The notes: generated by a model from the sequence alone, not told the origin. A stretch of DNA of 33,300 bases from Candidatus Woesearchaeota archaeon (GCA_964467335.1 CAYXPX010000004.1:1-33300), one strand, 5' to 3'; positions 7,935-16,197 are shown, numbered from the stretch's first letter. Numbers and translations: made by a program.

Positions 7935-9296
7935 ATGGTATTGGACAAACTCGGAAGTTCATTAAAAAATACCCTCTCCAAGATAGCCAAAGCCATGTTT
8001 GTAGATGAAAAATTAATTGATGAATTAATCAAAGATATTCAAAGAGCACTTTTAAGTTCAGATGTGAACGTAAAATTAGTATTTGACCTTTCCAAATCAA
8101 TTAAAGAGAGGGCACAGAAAGAAAAACCAGCTTCAGGCATAACCCAGAAAGAATTTCTAATAAAAATTGTCTATGAAGAACTGGTAAAATTTATGGGCGG
8201 AGAGGGTGCAAAAATAGAGATTTCCAAAAAGCCGTTTAAAATGATGATGGTTGGTTTATATGGATCTGGAAAGACAACTAGCATAGGAAAACTAGCAAAG
8301 TATTACACAAAAAGAGGATACAAAGTATGCGCTTTGGGCCTAGATGTTTATCGTCCAGCAGCAATGGACCAGCTTGAACAGGTTTCAAAACAGGTTAATA
8401 TAAATTCATTTACAGACAAAAAGGAGAAAGATCCCATAAAAATATACAAAAAACATGAAAAAGAGATAAATCAATTTGATATTGCGCTGATTGACACTTC
8501 TGGCAGGGATGCACTTTCTAAAGACTTGATAAATGAAATAGAAAAATTGAACAAAACAATAAAACCAAATGAAAATATTCTTGTTATTTCTGCTGATATG
8601 GGGCAGGCGGCGCAGAAGCAGGCAAAAGCATTTCATGATGCATGCCATATTACAGGAGTTATTGTAACAAAACTGGACGGAACAGCAAAGGGCGGCGGAG
8701 CGATTTCTGCGTGCGCTGTTTCAGGAGCGCAAATTAAATTCATAGGCACAGGAGAAAAGCCTGATGATCTTGAGACATTTAATCCTACGGGATTTGTTTC
8801 AAGACTGCTCGGAATGGGCGACATTGAAGCATTGCTTGAAAAGACAAAAGGCGCTATTTCAGAAGATGAAGCAAAAGAGATTGGCAAAAAATTAATCAAG
8901 GGCGAATTTAATTTTCTTGATCTATATGACCAGATGGAGAAGATGGGTTCTATGGGATCTCTTTCAAAGATTGCTGAATTAATCCCAGGATTTGGGAAGC
9001 TGAGCATACCAAAGGAAATGTTTGATGTTCAGGAGGACAAGATGAAGAAATGGAAGCAGATACTCCAGTCAATGACCAAAAAAGAGCTTGAGGATCCTGA
9101 GACTTTGAATGCAGGAAGAATTGACAGGATAGCAAGGGGTGCAGGTGTTGATCAAAAAGACGTAAGAGATCTTCTAAAGCAGTACAGACAGACAAAAAAA
9201 GCAATGAAACTTATGAAGGGAATGGAATCTGAGCAGGACATCAACAAGCTGCTTAAAAAATTCAAGGGCAGACTACCCAAAGGATTTGGAATGTGA
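7935..9296 (+). CDS. srp54: signal recognition particle protein SRP54
   Basis: N/G domain 'GLYGSGKTTSIGKLA', 'DTSGR', 'TKLDGTAKGGGA'. Met-rich M domain 'LGMGD...MEKMGSMGS'. 453 aa. Confidence 0.95.
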   Translation: MVLDKLGSSLKNTLSKIAKAMFVDEKLIDELIKDIQRALLSSDVNVKLVFDLSKSIKERAQKEKPASGITQKEFLIKIVYEELVKFMGGEGAKIEISKKPFKMMMVGLYGSGKTTSIGKLAKYYTKRGYKVCALGLDVYRPAAMDQLEQVSKQVNINSFTDKKEKDPIKIYKKHEKEINQFDIALIDTSGRDALSKDLINEIEKLNKTIKPNENILVISADMGQAAQKQAKAFHDACHITGVIVTKLDGTAKGGGAISACAVSGAQIKFIGTGEKPDDLETFNPTGFVSRLLGMGDIEALLEKTKGAISEDEAKEIGKKLIKGEFNFLDLYDQMEKMGSMGSLSKIAELIPGFGKLSIPKEMFDVQEDKMKKWKQILQSMTKKELEDPETLNAGRIDRIARGAGVDQKDVRDLLKQYRQTKKAMKLMKGMESEQDINKLLKKFKGRLPKGFGM

Positions 9297-9366
9297 AGTC
9301 TGCTTGTCTTCTATAATTTTATCTCACCGAAATGTTTTTAAGTAATTTAATTCATATAATAAAGAT

Positions 9367-11151
9367 ATGAAAAAGAGTTTTTTATTTGTTTTCTTGTTTT
9401 TGTTGTTTTTAGCTACGTTTGTTTTTGCGCATAATCATGTTTCTGTCAGAATAACCGGCTTTACTATTGCAATGCCAAACCTGCATTGCCCTGCATATGA
9501 TACAGAAAGCGTGAGAATACAATGCGAGAGCGCAGGCGGCACTTTTTCTGCTACAACAGATGAAGCCGGATGCGAGCAGCCATCATGCACAAATTTCAAC
9601 CAGGAAAATTTTCAAGCCGATTATCAAAATACACAAAATTTGCAGCAGCAAACAATATGCCCCTCAATTAATAAAGCAGAGGTAATGAGAAGCTGCGGAG
9701 CAGAAGGCAAAAAATTTTCTATGGAAATTATAGATGGATGTGAATATCCTAAATGCAGCTCTTCTGAATGTCCTGGGGCAGACGTGCTTGGGGGGGAGAA
9801 AAAAGCATGCGAGAGTGCAGGAATGGGAGCATATTTTATTTACGATGTCAATAACTGCCCGACTGTTGAGTGCAGGTCGCCTGATGATTCAGGAGATATG
9901 CCTGATTTTGCAAAAAAAACCACTGCAAAACAAATGATGGCAGGATTTCCTATGGATTTCTCCCAGATGCAATGCCCTCCTGAAGCAATGTTCAAAGGGA
10001 TGGAATCTGCATGCAAATCAAAGGGAGGAAAATTTTCTGCAAAAGAATTTAATGGCTGCAAACTTCCAAACTGCGAATTCACAGCCGAAGCACATATACA
10101 AACCCCCTTCTTTTCATGCCCTTTAATAAACAAAATGGAATTTGCTGATAAATGCAAGGCAATAGGGCTTCCTGTAAAAATAAAGGTTGAAGGCGGGTGC
10201 GAAATTCCTGTGTGCGGAGAGCCTGAAGAATCACAATGCCCGCAGATTTCAAAAGAAAATATGAAAATGTGCGAAGCAGGAGGCATGAAAATTATTCCTT
10301 TTATCCTTCCAAACGGCTGCAAGGCTTTTAAGTGCACAGCAGAAGATCAATTTCAGCATGAATGCATGAAGGAAATACCAACAGAGTGGGCTGAAAAGTG
10401 CAAGCTTGACGGCGGGGGAATATACTCAAAAACAGACGACAATGGATGCATAATAAATGCACAGTGCACTGCAAAAGAGGCAATAGAATTTGAAGAGATA
10501 ACCCCTGAAGATGTTTCTATATCTGAAGCACTTGAGATTGCACTTAAACTTGAAGATGCTGAAATAAAATTCAGCGAAGCAGCTGAAAAATGCTCTTCAC
10601 TGGAAAAATATTACCTGTCAAAAGGCAATGAGGATAAATCTAGAATATTCAACAAATGTTCTGCCATATTTAATTCTGCAGGCATGCAGATCGAAGGAAT
10701 AAGAGAAATACTCAAGAAGGAACCATTAACTAGGGAATCACTTACAGAAGCAAAAGTAAAAGTCAAGGAATTAAAAAATGTTCTAAAGCAGGTTCTTCAT
10801 CTTCTTCTAAACCAGGACAGGCCTTTTGATGAAGTGAACGTATTTAAAGAAGGCAGCTGCGGATCTGACATGTCATGCTTTGAGAGCTGTCTGAAATCAT
10901 GCAGCGAATGCACATTTACAATACCTGAAGGAGGAGTTGAAATTGATGTATCCGGCCTTGATGACGGGAAATGCCTGATGGATGCAAAAGCGGTAACAGA
11001 AGACGCAAAACAAATGTACGGCGAATTCATGAAATGCAGGATAACAAATTTTGCAGCTGGATTTTCTGATAAGAAATTTGATGAATGCACTGGACCAATG
11101 GCTGAGAAAATGATGGAAATGCAGGAATCTATGGGAGGAATTCCACAATGA
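9367..11151 (+). CDS. secreted cysteine-rich repeat protein (7 x four-Cys modules plus a helical region plus a C-terminal Cys cluster)
   Basis: Sec-type signal 'MKKSFLFVFLFLLFLATFVFA'. Seven modules of the form C-P-x(9-12)-C-x3-G-G-x(10-14)-G-C-x2-P-x-C. No family recognised. Confidence 0.8.
   Translation: MKKSFLFVFLFLLFLATFVFAHNHVSVRITGFTIAMPNLHCPAYDTESVRIQCESAGGTFSATTDEAGCEQPSCTNFNQENFQADYQNTQNLQQQTICPSINKAEVMRSCGAEGKKFSMEIIDGCEYPKCSSSECPGADVLGGEKKACESAGMGAYFIYDVNNCPTVECRSPDDSGDMPDFAKKTTAKQMMAGFPMDFSQMQCPPEAMFKGMESACKSKGGKFSAKEFNGCKLPNCEFTAEAHIQTPFFSCPLINKMEFADKCKAIGLPVKIKVEGGCEIPVCGEPEESQCPQISKENMKMCEAGGMKIIPFILPNGCKAFKCTAEDQFQHECMKEIPTEWAEKCKLDGGGIYSKTDDNGCIINAQCTAKEAIEFEEITPEDVSISEALEIALKLEDAEIKFSEAAEKCSSLEKYYLSKGNEDKSRIFNKCSAIFNSAGMQIEGIREILKKEPLTRESLTEAKVKVKELKNVLKQVLHLLLNQDRPFDEVNVFKEGSCGSDMSCFESCLKSCSECTFTIPEGGVEIDVSGLDDGKCLMDAKAVTEDAKQMYGEFMKCRITNFAAGFSDKKFDECTGPMAEKMMEMQESMGGIPQ
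9487..10466 (+). repeat. seven protein-level repeats (about 33-35 aa each, four conserved Cys) inside CDS 9367..11151
   Basis: CPAYDTESVRIQCESAGGTFSATTDEAGCEQPSC / CPSINKAEVMRSCGAEGKKFSMEIIDGCEYPKC / CPGADVLGGEKKACESAGMGAYFIYDVNNCPTVEC / CPPEAMFKGMESACKSKGGKFSAKEFNGCKLPNC / CPLINKMEFADKCKAIGLPVKIKVEGGCEIPVC / CPQISKENMKMCEAGGMKIIPFILPNGCKAFKC / CMKEIPTEWAEKCKLDGGGIYSKTDDNGCIINAQC. Confidence 0.85.
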
Positions 11152-11330
11152 AAATAGCGGCAGCAATATTGATTGTTCTTGCCTTAACGACTCTTTTGTT
11201 TGGATGCAGCCAGGAGATAGAAAATATTCCAGAAACTGAGGCAGAGGCAACTGAGGCAGCAGAAAATGTCACTGCTGATGTTGGGGAGCTGGCATCCAGT
11301 CTTGATGAAGTAGACAGACTTCTTGGTTAG
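11148..11330 (+). CDS. small acidic lipoprotein-like protein (60 aa)
   Basis: Signal plus lipobox-like 'LALTTLLFGC'. ATGA overlap (11148-11151) with the Cys-rich gene suggests co-expression. Confidence 0.5.
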   Translation: MKIAAAILIVLALTTLLFGCSQEIENIPETEAEATEAAENVTADVGELASSLDEVDRLLG

Positions 11331-11481
11331 TTTTCTATATTCCTGCGTATTATTATTTATATGAAAAAGCAGCCATTGCATCGAAATGATGAATCATATA
11401 CCCAAGAAATTAATACCATCTAATTTTAAATAATAGATTTATATCAACATATAAACCACTAAGGTTTTAAATTAAAAAACT

Positions 11482-12111
11482 ATGAAAACTTTAATTGCCC
11501 AGGGCGCAGAGGCAAAAATATTCAAAGAAAAGAATTTAATATCAAAAGAGAGAATTTCAAAATCTTATAGGATAGAAGAACTCGACAAAAAAATAAGAAA
11601 ATACAGGACAAGAAGAGAGACTTCAATTCTAGAAAAGACTTCAAAATTGATTCCGGTACCTAAAGTTTATAACTCTTCAGAAAAAGAGTTTAAAATTACT
11701 ATGGATTTTATAGATGGCAAAAAACTAGCAGATTGTTTAGACAAATTTGCTGATACAAAAAGAACTGAAATTTGCAAAACAATGGGAAAACAAGTTGCTT
11801 TGCTGCATAACAACAATATAATTCATGGGGACTTAACAACTTCAAACATGATATTAAAGGACAACGAAATTTACTTCATAGATTTTGGATTAAGCTTTAT
11901 AGACCAAAAAGCAGAGCACAAGGCGGTTGATTTGCATTTATTAAAACAAGCACTTGAAAGCAAGCACTACAAGCATTATGAATCAAGCTTTAAGGCACTT
12001 TTAGACGGCTATAAGAATACATCAAAAAACTACGAAGAAATCTTCGATAGATTAGATAAAGTTGAAGGCCGCGGCAGATATAAATCCAAAAATAAAGCCA
12101 AGTTCTTATAG
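11482..12111 (+). CDS. bud32: Kae1-associated kinase Bud32 (KEOPS subunit)
   Basis: Short RIO-like kinase: 'LIAQGAEAKIF', 'IHGDLTTSNMIL', 'IDFGLS', C-terminal 'VEGRGRY'. 209 aa. Confidence 0.85.
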   Translation: MKTLIAQGAEAKIFKEKNLISKERISKSYRIEELDKKIRKYRTRRETSILEKTSKLIPVPKVYNSSEKEFKITMDFIDGKKLADCLDKFADTKRTEICKTMGKQVALLHNNNIIHGDLTTSNMILKDNEIYFIDFGLSFIDQKAEHKAVDLHLLKQALESKHYKHYESSFKALLDGYKNTSKNYEEIFDRLDKVEGRGRYKSKNKAKFL

Positions 12112-12159
12112 TTATAAAACAACAAGCTTTTAAAACATCTTTCTACACCTTTTATTTAC

Positions 12160-12264
12160 AGCCCGTTCGTCTAGCGGCCAAGGATAATATATTAATATCC
12201 TAGGTGGCCTTTGGTATTTCTATGGAGAAAGCCATTGACGGAGGTTCGAATCCTCCACGGGCTA
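12160..12264 (+). tRNA. tRNA-Gln(UUG) with two predicted introns (17 nt near position 26-28; 15 nt at canonical 37/38)
   Basis: Hand-folded. Acceptor AGCCCGT/ACGGGCT (A1-U72, as in archaeal tRNA-Gln), U8. D-arm GTCT-AGCGGCCAA-GGAT. Anticodon stem (A/G)TGGC/GCCAT with loop CTTTGG|intron|A. T-arm GGAGG-TTCGAAT-CCTCC. Discriminator A. The length bookkeeping (105 nt = 73 + 17 + 15) is consistent. Confidence 0.7.
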
Positions 12265-12301
12265 TCAAAATTTTTATTAAATACAAGGACCTTAAAAAAT
12301 A

Positions 12302-13042
12302 ATGCCATATGAGATAGAAAGTATTTATCAGGATATTGTAAAGAACCTGAACGACGGACTGCTTGATCCTGCTGTGCCTCTGACAGTAAATGACAAAAAA
12401 AGAAGAGCAAACCTCAGAATTTTGATCACTACCCTTGAATTTTTAAGAAAGGAAGAATCTGACAATCCATTATTTTCAGATGCAATGCATGTAATCAGCG
12501 ATTTAACAGACGTGCTTAAAAATCTGTTAAAAATTTATGATAATTACAGAAACGCGGGATTAAGACTTAGGGATTTTGACCAAAAAATTCTAAAAGAAAT
12601 CAACAGCAGGATAGTTTCCATCATTCGTTTAATTCTTGCCTGGCTTAAGAATGTAAGACAAAAATCAGAAGAAGTTGCTGCTGGAAACAATCATCTAAAA
12701 GACCTTAAACTGCATCCTAAAAACACAAGGTTTTATGCAAAGGTAAAAGAATTCAATCCAGACTATACAGAAGAAATGGTTCACCCAATAAACGAACACC
12801 AAAAAGCCATTCAGAGAAAAAGAACAACAGAAGAATTACTAAAACTTGATGTAAATGACCCAATAACCGGCGCACGAAACTACAGAAAAGGAGATGATTA
12901 TTTTTATCCTGGCTCAAAATTGATAGTTTCACAAGGACATCACAGGCTGTATGAATTATACATAAGATATCTTCAGGGAAAACTTGAAGGAAATACCTTA
13001 GTTGAATTTATTATAGATGAAAAATACCTAAAGAAAAGGTGA
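12302..13042 (+). CDS. hypothetical protein (246 aa) with a C-terminal 'QGHHRL' motif (weak ParB/Srx-like hint only)
   Basis: ORF track. The only recognisable element is 'KLIVSQGHHRLYEL', which resembles the DGHHR core of ParB-like nuclease domains. The rest is unassigned. Confidence 0.5.
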   Translation: MPYEIESIYQDIVKNLNDGLLDPAVPLTVNDKKRRANLRILITTLEFLRKEESDNPLFSDAMHVISDLTDVLKNLLKIYDNYRNAGLRLRDFDQKILKEINSRIVSIIRLILAWLKNVRQKSEEVAAGNNHLKDLKLHPKNTRFYAKVKEFNPDYTEEMVHPINEHQKAIQRKRTTEELLKLDVNDPITGARNYRKGDDYFYPGSKLIVSQGHHRLYELYIRYLQGKLEGNTLVEFIIDEKYLKKR

Positions 13043-13975
13043 CTATAAATACTCCAGACTTGCCTCTTTGTAAAACCGCTGAAATGTAAGGAAATCATCT
13101 GAACAAAAACCATCTCTTGGGAAGATTTCGCTGAATTCCCTCCGGTCTTCTTTTATTCCAGCATTAGACAATGCCTGCGAGACATGAACAAAAGAATTTT
13201 CAGCAGGATAATAACCATTAGAACGATTGTTTGCATAGCCCACTTTCCAAATATTTCCACTTTTTTTAAATATTATTTCGCCTGCGCTTAAAACTCTCTC
13301 GCCTCTGGCAACATCAACATGCTCATGCAAATTTTCTCCGCCAATCCATAATCTTCCTTGCATATCCACAACGTAAGTCTGCGGTTTGTCGATCCTGCCG
13401 ACAATACCTGAATATCCATCCAAAATATTATCAGTTGACACAAATATTCTTCCTTCTGTCTGTTTTGCATATTCCCACGCCTCATTTCTTCCTGCAAACT
13501 CATAAGAAAAATTTTCATTGTTTGCACATGCAGAATATGCGTCTCTGGCAAGATCTCCTACATCATTCTCTCTTTTAACAAAATCGTCTAAGAAACACAA
13601 TGCCCTTGGATCTCCCAAAACTTTTAATGCAATAAAAACTCTTTTCTGCAGTTCATACTGAACATGCCTGAAAAAGTTAATCATTGCAAATGTCGCCCTG
13701 CTGTCTCCGAGTTCACCTGCTGCCAAGACAGCATCTCCTCTTACATGCATTTCAGGATCGCACATTAACTCTAACAAATGGCCCAGAGTATCCCTTCTTT
13801 TAAAATTAGACAATGCTCTTGCAACAGAACTCCTGACATACGGTTCTTCATCTTTTTTTAATGAGGCAACAAAATCAAAATCAACGGCTTTTCTTTCTGC
13901 TGCTTCCAACAGCCTGTTTCCCCTGCTGTGCGGGCTTTTTTTAGTGTCAATTATATATTCAACATCTTCTGACAT
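13043..13975 (-). CDS. HEAT-repeat (PBS-lyase-like) protein with an uncharacterised C-terminal domain
   Basis: ORF 13043..14065 trimmed to the ATG at 13975 ('MSEDVEY'). HEAT-like units 'EEPYVRSSVARALSNFKRRDTLGHLLELMCDPEMHVRGDAVLAAGELGDSRA'. The roughly 170-aa C-terminal part is unassigned. Confidence 0.6.
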   Translation of the reverse strand: MSEDVEYIIDTKKSPHSRGNRLLEAAERKAVDFDFVASLKKDEEPYVRSSVARALSNFKRRDTLGHLLELMCDPEMHVRGDAVLAAGELGDSRATFAMINFFRHVQYELQKRVFIALKVLGDPRALCFLDDFVKRENDVGDLARDAYSACANNENFSYEFAGRNEAWEYAKQTEGRIFVSTDNILDGYSGIVGRIDKPQTYVVDMQGRLWIGGENLHEHVDVARGERVLSAGEIIFKKSGNIWKVGYANNRSNGYYPAENSFVHVSQALSNAGIKEDRREFSEIFPRDGFCSDDFLTFQRFYKEASLEYL

Positions 13976-14101
13976 AACACCTAAAGAGTGGTATAAATTT
14001 ATAAAGTTTCTGATATGAAAAAAAGACAGAATAAACACAATCTTTATAAAATTTCTATTCATCACATTACTGTGACTTATAAAAATTTAGAGGGAAACTT
14101 A

Positions 14102-14404
14102 ATGGCTGCAGATCCAACAGGAAGGTTATATGACTTACTGTATGATGCAATGATGGGTTATCGTGATGAAATTATAAGGCTGGAGTCTGAAAGACGCAAG
14201 GGGGTTACAGGCGGACCACAAGTAATACAACTTGAGGAAAACGTCAGCGGAAGATTTCAGGATTTGCAGAGTGTTCTTAGAGGGATAAACCATGCTTTTA
14301 GAAACCATCAGCCACCCCTACAGGAAATTCCAACAGATGCGCCTACACTAAATCTCCTTGTTGACTCAGAGACAGACAGATTTTATAGAGATAAATTGAG
14401 ATAA
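14102..14404 (+). CDS. hypothetical protein (100 aa)
   Basis: ORF 14015..14404 trimmed to the ATG at 14102 ('MAADPTGRLYDLL'). Divergent from the HEAT-repeat gene. No motif recognised. Confidence 0.4.
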   Translation: MAADPTGRLYDLLYDAMMGYRDEIIRLESERRKGVTGGPQVIQLEENVSGRFQDLQSVLRGINHAFRNHQPPLQEIPTDAPTLNLLVDSETDRFYRDKLR

Positions 14405-14533
14405 TATTTATGATATACCCTAACAGCAAACATTGCATTTCAAAATCATCATCCTACATTAAAAATATTACTGTCAGATGACACAAGCATTGACAACTTT
14501 GTGCAGAATTTATTATTCCAAAATTCAAGATAA

Positions 14534-14545
14534 ACATTTATAAAC
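14534..14545 (+). promoter_or_regulatory. putative archaeal TATA box for rps15-rps3ae
   Basis: 'acatttataaac' centred about 29 nt upstream of the ATG at 14569, consistent with a leaderless or very short-leader transcript. Confidence 0.4.
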
Positions 14546-14568
14546 TCTGGTCTTTTCCAATAATTAAA

Positions 14569-15021
14569 ATGGCAAAAATGCATTCACGCAAGAAGGGAAG
14601 ATCAGGGAGCAAAAAACCTACTGAGAGCTCTTTGCAGCCATGGGTTTCTTATTCTGCAGAAGAGGTTAAGCAGCTTGTTATAAAATCTTCAAAGAGCGGA
14701 AAAACACCATCACAAATAGGGATAATATTAAGAGACAGCTATGGAATACCAGACACAAGGAAGATTGCAAAAAAATCAATATTACAGATATTAAGGGACA
14801 ACAACATGCAGGGGCAGATTCCTGAGGACCTTGCAGCGCTTATCAAAAAAGAGATCCAGATAACAAAACATCTTGAAAACAACAGACAGGACAGGAATTC
14901 AAAAAGGGGGCTTATTCTTACTGAATCAAAAATCAAAAGGCTTGCAAAATACTACAAGAGGACAGGCGTTCTTCCTGAAAGCTGGAAGTACAGCAGAGAG
15001 CAGGCTAAGATGGTTGTATAA
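14569..15021 (+). CDS. rps15: 30S ribosomal protein uS15 (S15P/S13e)
   Basis: 'MAKMHSRKKGRSGSKKP...' and 'LAALIKKEIQITKHLENNRQDRNSKRGL' are typical of archaeal S15. The stop shares one nt with the next ATG (TAATG). Confidence 0.9.
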   Translation: MAKMHSRKKGRSGSKKPTESSLQPWVSYSAEEVKQLVIKSSKSGKTPSQIGIILRDSYGIPDTRKIAKKSILQILRDNNMQGQIPEDLAALIKKEIQITKHLENNRQDRNSKRGLILTESKIKRLAKYYKRTGVLPESWKYSREQAKMVV

Positions 15022-15596
15022 TGGCAGCTGAAAAATTTACAGACATAAAGAAGAAAAAGAAGAAAAAGTGGCTGCCTATCCTGGCAAGCGTGGAGTTTAA
15101 CAACCAGTACATTACTGAGACATATGTTGATGAGCCTGAGAGCGCTGTAGGCAGAAGACTCAGCATAAATCTTATGACACTTACAAGGGATCCGAAAAAG
15201 CAGCTTTTTAATGCTGAATTCAAGATAAATGAAATAAAAAACAACAATGCAATAACTGAGCTGATAGGATACAGGATGCAGCCAGCGCATCTGAAAAGAA
15301 TTACAAAAAGCGGAAAAAACAAAGTTGATGACTCATTTATTTATACAACAAAGGACAATAAAAAAATTGCAATAAAACCGATTCTGCTTACAAAATCCCT
15401 TGTTTACAAAACAATACTGCAGGAGATCAGGAGAGCGACAAGAAGCTTTATTCTTGAATATGCAGGCAAGAACAGTTTTTCACAGATAATGAAAGACATA
15501 ATCAGCGGAAAGCTCCAGAAAGACCTGAGAGAAAATGCAAAAAAAATTTATCCTGTCACAAACATCATAATCAAAGATGCGCATATTCTTCATTAG
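15021..15596 (+). CDS. rps3ae: 30S ribosomal protein eS1 (S3Ae)
   Basis: 'KKKKKKKWLPILASVEFNNQYITETYVDEPESAVGRRLSINLMTLT' matches the S3Ae N-terminal block. 191 aa. Confidence 0.9.
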   Translation: MAAEKFTDIKKKKKKKWLPILASVEFNNQYITETYVDEPESAVGRRLSINLMTLTRDPKKQLFNAEFKINEIKNNNAITELIGYRMQPAHLKRITKSGKNKVDDSFIYTTKDNKKIAIKPILLTKSLVYKTILQEIRRATRSFILEYAGKNSFSQIMKDIISGKLQKDLRENAKKIYPVTNIIIKDAHILH

Positions 15597-15636
15597 AAAT
15601 GTTTTTAAAGTTCTTTTATAGCCTATTTTTTGCTAA

Positions 15637-15840
15637 GCCACCGTGGCTCAAATTATTTAAAACTTTTTAAATAAGGGCAGCGGTAGAGCAGCTGTTATTT
15701 AATAGCTGAAACTTGTATGCTGATCATCTGATGCTTAAACGCAAATGATCTCAAAGTGATCAGCAGGTTGGGGGTTCAAAGGAATCTTTCTTAGAAAGAA
15801 AGCTTCATCAAAGAAGGTTCTGAAAGTCCCTCCGGTGGCT
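15637..15840 (+). tRNA. tRNA-Thr(UGU)-like gene interrupted at up to four positions (D-loop, 30/31, 37/38, T-loop)
   Basis: Hand-folded. Perfect 7-bp acceptor GCCACCG/CGGTGGC, U8. D-arm GCTC-A[29 nt]GCGGTA-GAGC. Anticodon arm GCTG[16 nt]A-CTTGTA[41 nt]A-TCAGC. Variable loop AGGTT. T-arm GGGGG-TTCAA[46 nt]GT-CCCTC. Discriminator U (typical of archaeal Thr). 204 nt = 72 + 132. The exact splice sites are ambiguous by 1-2 nt. Confidence 0.55.
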
Positions 15841-15910
15841 TTTATTCTTATCTGCGTTAGCAAACCTTAGTTAGTAAACTTTTTATTCTCAATAGAAAAT
15901 CCCATTTTAT

Positions 15911-15997
15911 GGGCCCGTGGTCTAGCGGTTATGACATCACCTTGACGAAAAAATTTCAGAATGGTGAGGGTCGCAAGTTCAAATCTTGCCGGGCCCA
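15911..15997 (+). tRNA. tRNA-Val(GAC) with a 14-nt canonical (37/38) intron
   Basis: Acceptor GGGCCCG/CGGGCCC. D-arm GTCT-AGCGGTTA-TGAC. Anticodon stem TCACC/GGTGA with loop TTGACG|intron. Variable loop GGGTC. T-arm GCAAG-TTCAAAT-CTTGC. Discriminator A. Confidence 0.8.
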
Positions 15998-16002
15998 TTT
16001 AT

Positions 16003-16197
16003 TTATTCTTCCATAATCTTAAACTTTCTGCTTAATCCAAAATTAACCTTTAGAATTTTAAATTTTTTAAGTTTAAGGCCTTCAGCATATTTTTTTGCAG
16101 CCTCTTCAGAAGTGAAAGTTTTCAGCCTCTTCTTCCTGTTTCTTTCATTTCCAACAGGCATGTAGCGTCTTCTCCTGGTATGAACTCTCTTTGCCAT
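16003..16197 (-). CDS. small highly basic hypothetical protein (64 aa)
   Basis: ORF 16003..16212 trimmed to 'MAKRVHTRRRRYMPVGNERNRKKR...'. Arg/Lys-rich, possibly nucleic-acid binding. No family recognised. Confidence 0.4.
   Translation of the reverse strand: MAKRVHTRRRRYMPVGNERNRKKRLKTFTSEEAAKKYAEGLKLKKFKILKVNFGLSRKFKIMEE

Noticed and set aside
12192-12410. A 72-aa minus-strand ORF overlapping tRNA-Gln and the start of the 246-aa gene.
   Set aside because: It overlaps a well-folding tRNA gene and a longer opposite-strand ORF, so it is most likely spurious.
15818-15840. 'GAAAGTCC' next to a terminal helix resembles the CR-I/P4 motif (GAGGAAAGUCC) of RNase P RNA. The 204-nt locus has paired 5'/3' ends like P1.
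   Set aside because: The motif is at the 3' end rather than the 5' side of P4. No CR-V or other RNase P elements are present. All canonical tRNA elements (U8, GGTAGAGC, CTTGTA, GGGGGTTCAA) occur in the correct order, so the interrupted-tRNA model fits better.
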